Part shown: positions 19,206 to 27,896 of the stretch, in pieces | How the letters are laid out: every line of letters starts with the position of its first letter | Position numbering within the stretch: the stretch's first letter is position 1 | Assembly: GCA_048886185.1 (NCBI GenBank) | Contig: JBHLKY010000006.1 | Coordinates: 120,001 to 152,000 of the forward strand | DNA: 32,000 nucleotides | Source of the DNA: Candidatus Hermodarchaeota archaeon | Lineage (GTDB): Archaea; Asgardarchaeota; Heimdallarchaeia; Hodarchaeales; Hodarchaeaceae | Reading direction: 5' to 3' | Translations under genes and position numbers: made by a program | Notes under the pieces: model-generated | Told to the model about the DNA's origin: nothing | The model's database searches: none | What the model saw: the letters and a program-made list of their open reading frames with translations, nothing else

Positions 19206-19214
19206 TATATTAAA
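19206..19214 (-). promoter_or_regulatory. TATA box of the regulator-grpE-dnaK-dnaJ operon
   Basis: TTTAATATA on the minus strand, ~105 nt upstream of the GTG at 19102. Confidence 0.5.
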
Positions 19215-19273
19215 GTACTACTAGGAGGCTTATATTATTGAAAATAATTTTCAGAAGCAAAGGCTTACTTTAG

Positions 19274-20230
19274 CTACTCCTCTTCGTCACTAGCAGAATT
19301 AATCTCAAGAAAATCGGGATTTTGAGTCATCATAATTCTCATTTCTTCAATTGAAAGGGTTTTCTTTTTTGTCTGGCTTAATTTTTCACGTATCTTCGCA
19401 CTTTGAACCTCGAGCATCTCAGCAGTCGCTCTATCACGCTCAAATTGAACCCGCTCCTTCTGAATGCGACTTTGTTCTTTTAGAATACCCGATTTTTCCC
19501 TAAGAGTTTTATTCAAATTACGAAATTCTTCTCGTAATCCCCGAATTTCTTCAGCTTTTTCCAGAAATTCCTTATGTCTACGATCAGCCTCATCTTTTGC
19601 CCTTTTACCTGCTTCGTATAGTTCACTTAACTGCTGATGTGACTTTTGAGATTTTTCAACTAATTCAGAGAAATCTTTCCAACTATGGTCAAGAAATCCG
19701 CGAAGATTGTTGATTTCGTGATTAAGCTCCTTACGTGCTTTTAGCTTTTCTTCGGATACAGATATTTCCCCTAATTGATTCATTAAACTATTGACTTGTT
19801 CAGTCAACTGCCTTTCTTCTGCTATTCCCATGGAAGGAGTTGTCTGAATTTTCCAATCTAGCTTATCAATTCGCTTACGAATACTTCTAGATTGCCTTAT
19901 CTCTTTTTCATCGATATCCATGGATTTAATTTCTTCTTGTAGTGACTGAGCTTTTATAATAAGATCTTTCATCTCTTCAAGGACACTACGTCTAACCATC
20001 TTTAATTCTTGAATGGCGCGATTATTTTTGTCTCGTAATTCCTTAAGTTCCCTTACTTGAGCAAAATTTTCCGATGCTATTGTATTAAGTTCATCTCTTT
20101 CAGTTCGACTTTGGTTTCGTTCTCGTTCTAGTTTTCGAAGCCTCATCAATAATTGAGATTTCTGGTTACGAAGTTGAATGATTTCATCTTTCAGAATCCT
20201 AAGGTCTTGAGTTTCAAAGGCCTTGGCCAT
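19274..20230 (-). CDS. Archaeal coiled-coil protein (COG1340-like)
   Basis: Continuous K/E/R-rich heptads with the IRKRIDKLDWKIQTTPSMGIAEERQL signature. Confidence 0.75.
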   Translation of the reverse strand: MAKAFETQDLRILKDEIIQLRNQKSQLLMRLRKLERERNQSRTERDELNTIASENFAQVRELKELRDKNNRAIQELKMVRRSVLEEMKDLIIKAQSLQEEIKSMDIDEKEIRQSRSIRKRIDKLDWKIQTTPSMGIAEERQLTEQVNSLMNQLGEISVSEEKLKARKELNHEINNLRGFLDHSWKDFSELVEKSQKSHQQLSELYEAGKRAKDEADRRHKEFLEKAEEIRGLREEFRNLNKTLREKSGILKEQSRIQKERVQFERDRATAEMLEVQSAKIREKLSQTKKKTLSIEEMRIMMTQNPDFLEINSASDEEE

Positions 20231-20569
20231 TTATAATACACCATTAGGAATTAAATTGGTAATGAATGGGATTGATATGAGAGTGACAGCAGAAAAACCC
20301 GTAAAATTGCATGATAAGGAAAAAAAACTCACTATAAAATATCTTTGATTGAATCTAATATAAGATTTTTTTGTAAAAAGTCGATCAGTGAACAATAGTG
20401 CCTGATTTTTGATGATTTGCAACGTTAAAAATTGAATAAAGAAAAATGTGCATTTATTAATCATAACAGTGCTTTCCTCAAAAGATTGTTATCGATAGAA
20501 TTTAATCAATACGAAATTGTAAAAAATAATAATAAAAAAAAGGTAGAAATATGGTACAGTGGAATAACA

Positions 20570-21304
20570 ATGACACTTAGTGAGAGTGGGGTAATTTTTG
20601 ACTTGGATGGAACCTTAATAAATTCAATGAATAGTTTTTATGAATTGGTTATAAATAATCTTCAACGAAGTGGCGTTAGGATCTCTGAAGAGAATTTAAA
20701 GAAAGTTGGTGCTGAATTATTAAAGGATTATCAAACACCACCATCTGGGCAAGGAAGAGTCTTAGTTATTAACCTATTTTGGAAAATTGGGAGGAAAATG
20801 GGTCTTTCTAGAATTAAATCAATGAAGTTCACATTTGAGTGTGTTTTTAAGGCCAGAAAAGTCTATCATTCAGCCCCCTTATTTCCAGATACAAAAAAAA
20901 GTTTGTCTAGACTTCAAAAAGCTGGATTTCAACTTGGTATATACACCATGGCCTCCCGAAAACAGTTAACAGAAACTCTAACAAAACATGAAATTATTCA
21001 TTTCTTTAATCCGAAAGGATTGATCTCTAGAGACGACGTCAAACGAGCAAAACCAGATCCAGAGGGTATTTCTTTAGCCTTAAGAATGTGCTCTATTCAT
21101 CCTTCAAAGGGGTTTTATATTGGAGACATGCCGGTTGATATAATTGCAGGAAACAATGCTGGTACAAACACTATTGCATTGACAACAGGATTGATAAATA
21201 AAAATATATTCAACCAATATTGCCAACCAACTGCTATCTTTGACTCTTTAACACAAGCCTCAAGTTGGATTCTACAAAAAAGGTCTCATTTTTCTCTTTC
21301 TTAG
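20570..21304 (+). CDS. HAD-superfamily hydrolase (phosphoglycolate phosphatase-like)
   Basis: IFDLDGTL (motif I), YT (II), KPDPEG (III), YIGDMPVDIIAG (IV). The ORF is open from 20432, but ATG 20570 fits the domain start. Confidence 0.88.
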   Translation: MTLSESGVIFDLDGTLINSMNSFYELVINNLQRSGVRISEENLKKVGAELLKDYQTPPSGQGRVLVINLFWKIGRKMGLSRIKSMKFTFECVFKARKVYHSAPLFPDTKKSLSRLQKAGFQLGIYTMASRKQLTETLTKHEIIHFFNPKGLISRDDVKRAKPDPEGISLALRMCSIHPSKGFYIGDMPVDIIAGNNAGTNTIALTTGLINKNIFNQYCQPTAIFDSLTQASSWILQKRSHFSLS

Positions 21305-21418
21305 TGATTTTTATAGTAAATTCTATTCAACAAAATCCCACCAAAGCATAATTATTATAAATCTCAACTGTACAGAAACTAGAGTAATAACTATTTATTA
21401 TCTCAACTTTTCCTAGGA

Positions 21419-22477
21419 GTGTTAGAAATGACTGATTTATCGTTGGACGAGGTTTTCGTCAATATGAGTGAGTTAGGAAATTCCGTAGAACCAGTAATGC
21501 GAGAATTTCTTTTAAAAAAAATTCGTCCAGAATTTCAAGACTTAATAATGTGGCAAACACAAACTGGGGGAAAAAGATTACGCCCTGCACTAACGATTAT
21601 CTTCGCTCGGGCATTTGGAGCGTCTCCAGAGGCTCCTGAAGTATTAGCTGCTGCTGCAGGGATTGAGTTAATACACAGCTATTCATTAATTTTAGATGAT
21701 ATAATAGATAGAGGGGAACTCCGTCGTGGAAAACCTACGGTTCGTGCTAAATATGGAGATGAATTTGCTATTCTCTCAGGAATTATTCATCGGGAAGCTA
21801 TTTATGAAGCAGCTAAGGCAACCGGAAAATATATTACAGATGCTATCACTATATTCTCAGAAACTATTAGGGATCTAGTTGAAGGAGAGAGATTAGATAT
21901 CCTTTTTGAACAAAATGATCAGAGAACCCATGAGTATTTCCTTTCTAATCGCTATCACACAGTTACTTTAGAGGATTATAAAGAAATGATTACAGGTAAA
22001 ACAGCTGCACTTATTGCAGCTGCATGTAAACTTGGTGCCATTATTGGAGGGGCATCTCTTGATGATCAAATGCTCGCAGAGAAATTTGGATGGGCAGCAG
22101 GGATAGCATTTCAGATTACAGACGATTATCTCGACATATTTGCCGTTTCAGATAAATTTGGCAAACAAATATACAAGGATATAATTGAGCAAAAATTAGG
22201 AAATTTTGTATGTGTTCAAACGATACGAATGCTTGATAAAAATGAAGCAGTTCAATTTCAGGAGTACTTACGAGATCCTACTCTATCAGATAAGGATCGG
22301 ATTAACAAATGTGTTCCACTTATAGAAAAAGCAGATGTGAGAGATATTGTGATGAAAGAGGCCAAGAAATGGGCTCAAGAAGCGAAAATGGCTTTAGAGA
22401 AATCTGGTTTTGACAAAAAAGAAGATAAATTACTTTTAGAAAAAATGGCTGACTTTATTGTGAAAAGAGCATTCTGA
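21419..22477 (+). CDS. idsA: Geranylgeranyl diphosphate synthase (archaeal short-chain polyprenyl synthase)
   Basis: GGKRLRP, FARM YSLILDDIID..RRG, GKTA, SARM FQITDDYLD. Tyr at -5 from the FARM indicates a short (C20) product. Confidence 0.88.
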   Translation: MLEMTDLSLDEVFVNMSELGNSVEPVMREFLLKKIRPEFQDLIMWQTQTGGKRLRPALTIIFARAFGASPEAPEVLAAAAGIELIHSYSLILDDIIDRGELRRGKPTVRAKYGDEFAILSGIIHREAIYEAAKATGKYITDAITIFSETIRDLVEGERLDILFEQNDQRTHEYFLSNRYHTVTLEDYKEMITGKTAALIAAACKLGAIIGGASLDDQMLAEKFGWAAGIAFQITDDYLDIFAVSDKFGKQIYKDIIEQKLGNFVCVQTIRMLDKNEAVQFQEYLRDPTLSDKDRINKCVPLIEKADVRDIVMKEAKKWAQEAKMALEKSGFDKKEDKLLLEKMADFIVKRAF

Positions 22478-22519
22478 GTTATAATTGTTAATCTGAGTAC
22501 TTGGAATTCCAGAAAATTA

Positions 22520-23149
22520 TTAGTATTTATTTTTCTGGATAGGTTTTTCCATAAGTTCAACTAATTCATTTAATTCATCTAATCCAGTTTTCAGTTCATC
22601 TTCTAATAATTTAATCTTATGTTCCAAAAATTGTATCGTTTTTGCGTTATCCTTCTGCGATAACTCTTCTCCACAAGTATTACAGATAAAACCAAGCTCA
22701 AATGCATCAGAAAAAGTGACAGGTGTGTGTCCTTCATCACAAACATATAAGAGATTTCTTTGTTCGTAATCTAAGCGTTGTCGTAATTTCTTTAGGGACT
22801 TTTTTCTTCGTCCAACAATTAGGTCAAGTATTCTTTCAAAGATTGGGCTCCAATAATAAACGAAATAACCTGTTTCCTTATCCCTGACACGTCGATATCG
22901 AGCTAAAGAACGTTCATTCAATTTGTACAAGGATTTTCGAACTTCTTTTAACGCGATACGTTGAAGATTTTTTTCTTCATCTTCAGTAATAATTTCTTGT
23001 GTCTGATCTATCTCCTCATTGAGGATATTGACCATTTCTTCATCAATTATCTCTTTGTGTTCAAGAAGTACATTAAGAACTTTAACAGTAATCTCATCTG
23101 TTAATTTCAACATAATATTATTGAGTTGAGAGAAGGTCAATGAGGGCAC
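22520..23149 (-). CDS. tfe: Transcription factor E (TFE / TFIIE-alpha)
   Basis: EVRKSLYKL...RVRDKETGYFVYYW winged helix and CDEGH...AFELGFICNTCG zinc ribbon. Confidence 0.93.
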   Translation of the reverse strand: MPSLTFSQLNNIMLKLTDEITVKVLNVLLEHKEIIDEEMVNILNEEIDQTQEIITEDEEKNLQRIALKEVRKSLYKLNERSLARYRRVRDKETGYFVYYWSPIFERILDLIVGRRKKSLKKLRQRLDYEQRNLLYVCDEGHTPVTFSDAFELGFICNTCGEELSQKDNAKTIQFLEHKIKLLEDELKTGLDELNELVELMEKPIQKNKY

Positions 23150-23239
23150 CTTGAAGTAAAAATATGTATTTTATTATTTTCAATCATTAATTACTAGTAA
23201 ACTTAGTAGTAAAAGAAAAAGGCATAAATTGCATATAAA

Positions 23240-23713
23240 TTAAAAATTTTCCAGTTCTTTTAATGCTGCCATAATTGATTGAGATTCTGGTTTCTTTATC
23301 TTAACAGCAGAGGGTTCTGAGATTTTATCCATGAGCGCGGCCAAAGACTCAGACGATTCTTTCATCCGTACACGAATTAGTCCTAGCTGGGCATCAGATT
23401 CGGCCACGACAACGAGAACCCCTCGTTCACCACTTTGTGCAGTAAGAATCTTCCCATCACTAAATTCAGCAAGCATTATTCCTAGCTCCCCTAATGTAAG
23501 AGCACTCCCTTGTTCCGCGGCACCACAAAATACAGCAGAGGCTATTGCTCCAATGCTTTCAAGATCAAAGGCTCCCATAGTTTCTGATACAAGGAGTCTA
23601 GATGCTCGTGCTATTGTCAACCCAGTTCTATCACCCAAGAGAGTGACTTTAATAGAAGTATCGCTTTTTAATAACCTTGTAAGCTCCCTGTGTATTTCGT
23701 CTCTTTGCACCAT
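23240..23713 (-). CDS. Roadblock/LC7 (MglB-like) protein
   Basis: LLGDRTGLTIA...IGAIASAVFCGAAEQGSALTLGELGIMLAEFSDGKIL...LGLIRVRMK. Confidence 0.88.
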   Translation of the reverse strand: MVQRDEIHRELTRLLKSDTSIKVTLLGDRTGLTIARASRLLVSETMGAFDLESIGAIASAVFCGAAEQGSALTLGELGIMLAEFSDGKILTAQSGERGVLVVVAESDAQLGLIRVRMKESSESLAALMDKISEPSAVKIKKPESQSIMAALKELENF

Positions 23714-23841
23714 TCAGTTTTCACCTAACCTTCTATTCACACTTCCACTGATATCACTTTTTAACATTATGTCTTTTAATTCTTTTTCTAATGTTCATTC
23801 GATTGTCAATCCATTTATGGTTTAAGATATTTATACTGCTT

Positions 23842-24561
23842 TTAAAGAATAACAATTACTATAACTAAAGCAATCACTGATCCTGCTAACAAGGCTAACA
23901 AAGTTCTGTTTTGTGTTAACTTTCGTGATATTTTCCCCAATGTAGATTGAACTTTTTGTAGTTTTGAGTCGACTTCAGTGATTTTCTCATCTATCTTATC
24001 TATCTTGACTCCCTGTTCATCAAGTCTTTTAGTTAATGTTGTCAAATTCTGAGATATTTGATTCAACTGGGCGTTCATTTGATCCATTGATGTTAAAAAA
24101 GAATTCTCTAAAATTTGAAGGCGTTCTTCCAATGTCCCAACATTTTGAGATGAAATCGCTTCACCAGGGTAAGCTAACTCATAAATACGATTTCCCATTT
24201 CATCACTTGCAGGTGGTGCAGCTTGCAGATCCATGGATTCTATAGATTCACCTATACTAGCTAATGTTCCCCGTAAAAATTGCATTTTACGTTTTGTCTC
24301 TTTTATTTCTGTTACTTTCTCGTTTTGTTTACGAACGTGGCTTGGTTGAAGAAATGTGGGCATTGATGCTAAAACTTTGGCCGATAATGATCGTTTCTTC
24401 ATAACTTGCTCTGAATAGCCCCCAGAAATATCATCCGCCATTTCTTCCATTGATTCTAGAACTGACTCCAAATCATGGATGAATCCAACAATGAGTTCCT
24501 TTTCACTTGGTTCTTCAGTCTTTTTAAACCATTTTCCTAGTTTTTTTGTTATAACAGACAC
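23842..24561 (-). CDS. Tail-anchored Q-SNARE-like protein
   Basis: Hydrophobic residues at all layers -7..+8 around Gln183 (RLDEQGVKIDKI), followed directly by a C-terminal TM helix with no luminal tail. Helical N-terminal region. GTG start with GGAGA upstream. Confidence 0.75.
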   Translation of the reverse strand: MSVITKKLGKWFKKTEEPSEKELIVGFIHDLESVLESMEEMADDISGGYSEQVMKKRSLSAKVLASMPTFLQPSHVRKQNEKVTEIKETKRKMQFLRGTLASIGESIESMDLQAAPPASDEMGNRIYELAYPGEAISSQNVGTLEERLQILENSFLTSMDQMNAQLNQISQNLTTLTKRLDEQGVKIDKIDEKITEVDSKLQKVQSTLGKISRKLTQNRTLLALLAGSVIALVIVIVIL

Positions 24562-24881
24562 CTTTTGATCTCCAGATCCTCTTTTTCTAGAAATTCCTGG
24601 GTTTAGCCATAAAAATTAACATAAATCCCTTATTACAAATCCATTGTGTATTTTGATTTAATCTATTTAATATCATTTAGTGAGCCTTTTTTTTATAAAT
24701 TATTCCTATTAATGATTAGACGATTAATGGATATTCTTTTCTCACATATTCTAAAGTCATAGTTGAATTTATGAGACCATAGTAATCAGGAACTAAAAGA
24801 ATGAATTCAATCAAAATAAACATAAATCATAAGAATGAATAAACTATCAAATGCTAAGCCCACTATAGAGAAGGATTTTTT

Positions 24882-26204
24882 GTGCAAGATGCAGATAGAG
24901 CTTTAATACTTTCAAATGCGAGTGAAATTGTTACAATTAGAACTTACAATTCAGGCTCATACTTACGAATGAGCGACCAAGAAATAATTCAAATCAAGAA
25001 TGGCTCCTTAATCATCCAAAATGGAATCATTACTGACATTCTTGATTATCCTGTTTCCATGTCCAATAGTCCTATTTCAGAACCCCATATTTTAGATGTG
25101 ACCAATAAAACACTAATTCCTGGTTTAGTTGATTCCCATACACATCTTTCTTTCACTGGAGACAGAGAAGATGAGTTAGATATGAAATTACAAGGAAAAA
25201 CTTATCTTGAAATTCTAAAGCAGGGAGGAGGGATTATAAAAACAGTTAAAGCTACTAGAAGCGCCAATCTAGAGGAATTAATTGAGAGAGGAAAAGAAGA
25301 TGCTAATATTATGTTGAAACATGGAACTACAACAATCGAGGCAAAAAGTGGTTATGGACTTGATGTTGAAAACGAGATAAAGCAATTGAAAGCATTGAAA
25401 GAATTAAATCAAACCTGCTACAGTTCAATTGTTTCAACATACTTAGGTGCTCATGCTATTCCACCAGAATATTCTGATCAAAAAAGAAAATATATTGATC
25501 TAATGATTCAGGAAGCTATTCCTAGAATCTCAGAAAGTAACTTAGCTACCTTTATTGATGTGTTTTGTGAAGAAGGGGTTTTCTCAATTGATGAGAGTCG
25601 TGAGATCCTTTTAGCAGGAAAAAATGCAGGCTTACAACCAAAAATTCATGCTGATGAAATTGTACGAACAGGGGGAGCTCAACTTGCTGCAGAAGTAGGA
25701 GCTATTTCTGCAGATCATTTATTGATGACTGATGATGATGGTTTGGAATCCCTCGCTGAAACAGGAGTTATTCCTGTGTTATTACCTGGAACACCATTCT
25801 CCCTCATGAAAAATGAATTCCCATCTGCTCGGAATATGATTGATACATTTGATCTCCCTGTAGCTCTTGCAACAGACCTTAATCCCAACTGCTATTGCCA
25901 CTCTATGCTAAATATTATCACATTAGCGTGTTTCAAACTATATATGACACCAATAGAAGCTTTACTTGCTGCAACTAATAACTCTGCTGCAGCTATTGGC
26001 CTCCAGCAGAAAATTGGAAGTTTAGAGGTGGGAAAACAAGCTGATTTAGTTATTCTTAATGCTCCTAATTGTAAACATATTCCATATAAGTTTGGTTCTT
26101 CTAGTTTAATAGGAGCGGTTATAAAATCTGGTAAAATAGTTGCAGCAGATAATCCAGCACTTATTTCAATGAATAAAGATTTAAAACTTCCTATTTCGGA
26201 TTAA
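24882..26204 (+). CDS. hutI: Imidazolonepropionase
   Basis: PGLVDSHTH, GTTTIEAKSGYGL, YLGAHA, DVFCEEG, KIHADE, SADHL, ATDLNP. Confidence 0.95.
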   Translation: MQDADRALILSNASEIVTIRTYNSGSYLRMSDQEIIQIKNGSLIIQNGIITDILDYPVSMSNSPISEPHILDVTNKTLIPGLVDSHTHLSFTGDREDELDMKLQGKTYLEILKQGGGIIKTVKATRSANLEELIERGKEDANIMLKHGTTTIEAKSGYGLDVENEIKQLKALKELNQTCYSSIVSTYLGAHAIPPEYSDQKRKYIDLMIQEAIPRISESNLATFIDVFCEEGVFSIDESREILLAGKNAGLQPKIHADEIVRTGGAQLAAEVGAISADHLLMTDDDGLESLAETGVIPVLLPGTPFSLMKNEFPSARNMIDTFDLPVALATDLNPNCYCHSMLNIITLACFKLYMTPIEALLAATNNSAAAIGLQQKIGSLEVGKQADLVILNAPNCKHIPYKFGSSSLIGAVIKSGKIVAADNPALISMNKDLKLPISD

Positions 26205-27680
26205 TTCAACGCATTGACTAATATCGGGTGATAATTCGCGATCATCAGTGAGTACAGGAACTCTCTCTCGAATAGTATTATATTTTTTTAAGGTGAAAGG
26301 AGCTAGTTGAGGCTGAATTCCAGCTAGATCTATAGCTTGTGAAACACACAATAGTTCAATAGCAAGGATATATTGGACATGTTCAATAATTTTTCTAACC
26401 TGTCTTGCAGCGGTGGTTCCCATACTTACATGATCTTCTTGATTGGCAGATACAGGGATTGAATCAACTGATGCGGGAAATGCCAATTGTTTGTTTTCAG
26501 AGACCAATGAAGCTGCAGTATATTGAGCTATCATGAAACCTGAATTTATTCCACTTTTTAATGAAAGAAATGCTGGTAATTTGCTAAGAGTGGGATTTAA
26601 AAGATGCTCTATCCGCCGTTCGGAAATACTTCCGAGTTCTGCAATAGCAACACCTAAGAAGTCCATGGATAGAGCAATAGGCTGTCCATGAAAATTTCCT
26701 CCACTTAGAATCTTGTCAGGAGTAAATATGAGAGGATTATCTGTTGATGAGTTCATTTCAGTTTCAACAATGCCTTTAACAAAATTTATTGTGTCCAATG
26801 TGGCCCCGTGTACTATAGGCGCACAACGCAGAGAATAACAATCTTGATGTGCAATATTTTGACGAGTTCGTTTACTACCTCTTAGAAATCCAAGAATCGA
26901 TCGAGCAGTTTCAATTTGTCCTTTATGAGGACGTGCCTGATGGATACTTGGATTCAAAGCATCAATATTTGCTTGATGAACCTCCATACTCATGCTTGTT
27001 GCAATGTTTGCTACCTCCACGAGATACTCAGCATCTGCAACTGCTAATGCAGCAATTGAAGTCATCACCTGAGTCCCATTGAGAAGAGCAAGTCCTTCTT
27101 TTGCTATTAATTTTATAGGTGTTAGTCCAATTTTTTCTAATGCTTGAAGCCCTGATATTTTCTTTTCTCCTTGATATGCACTACCCTTACCAATTAGGAC
27201 CAAAGCTAAATGTGCCAACGGAGCAAGATCTCCACTTGCGCCTAGGCTCCCTTGAGAAGGTACAGCAGGTGTAACATTTTTATTCAGAAGATTCATTAAA
27301 AGAGAAACCACTTTCAGCCGAATACCCGAGTGTCCTCGTGCAAATTTATTAATTTGTAGTATAATCATGCCTCTTACAATTTCTTGAGAGAAATCTGGAC
27401 CTACTCCAGCAGCATGGCTATGCACCAAATTATATTGAAGTTTTTCAGCTTCTTGAGGTGAAACAGTTTTATCTTGAAGATATCCAAATCCTGTTGTAAC
27501 ACCATATACTCTTCGTTTTTCTTTCAGTATGTCTGCTACAATTTCAGCAGCTTGATTGATCCTTTCCTTGGCCTCATTAGACAGAGTAATTGTCCTGTTC
27601 TCACGGGCAACAGCTACCATGTCTGAAATAGAAAGATTATTTCCATTCAACTCTATAACTGGTTTAATCATTGTTATCAC
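26181..27680 (-). CDS. hutH: Histidine ammonia-lyase
   Basis: YGVTTGFG, MIO-forming GASGDLAPL, KEGLALLNGT, GGNFHGQP, NQEDHVSMG. Confidence 0.96.
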   Translation of the reverse strand: MITMIKPVIELNGNNLSISDMVAVARENRTITLSNEAKERINQAAEIVADILKEKRRVYGVTTGFGYLQDKTVSPQEAEKLQYNLVHSHAAGVGPDFSQEIVRGMIILQINKFARGHSGIRLKVVSLLMNLLNKNVTPAVPSQGSLGASGDLAPLAHLALVLIGKGSAYQGEKKISGLQALEKIGLTPIKLIAKEGLALLNGTQVMTSIAALAVADAEYLVEVANIATSMSMEVHQANIDALNPSIHQARPHKGQIETARSILGFLRGSKRTRQNIAHQDCYSLRCAPIVHGATLDTINFVKGIVETEMNSSTDNPLIFTPDKILSGGNFHGQPIALSMDFLGVAIAELGSISERRIEHLLNPTLSKLPAFLSLKSGINSGFMIAQYTAASLVSENKQLAFPASVDSIPVSANQEDHVSMGTTAARQVRKIIEHVQYILAIELLCVSQAIDLAGIQPQLAPFTLKKYNTIRERVPVLTDDRELSPDISQCVELIRNRKF

Positions 27681-27896
27681 AAAGTAGAAATATGTAATAG
27701 TTATGGGAATCTTATTTTATCTTTTTCTAAGGCACTATTGTTTCTATATCAGAAACTATCTAACAAAAATGCAATTTAATGCTAAGAAACATTTTTTTAA
27801 GTGATGAAATGTATCTTTCCATGTTTACACTTATTGCTTTATTCTTTGAAAATGTTAAAAGCTAGATTGAATTTGGAGTCTATTAATTCATTGAAA

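Noticed and set aside
19274-20230. Long coiled coil considered as an ESCRT-III, SMC or SNARE-like protein
   Set aside because: No ATPase, TM or zero-layer features; fits the widespread archaeal COG1340 family.
20231-20569. ORF 20231..20464 (-) and the 46-aa N-terminal extension of the HAD ORF
   Set aside because: N/K-rich low-complexity sequence consistent with divergent promoter DNA.
23331-23825. 164-aa antisense ORF over the second Roadblock gene
   Set aside because: S/P/R-rich shadow of the real gene on the minus strand.
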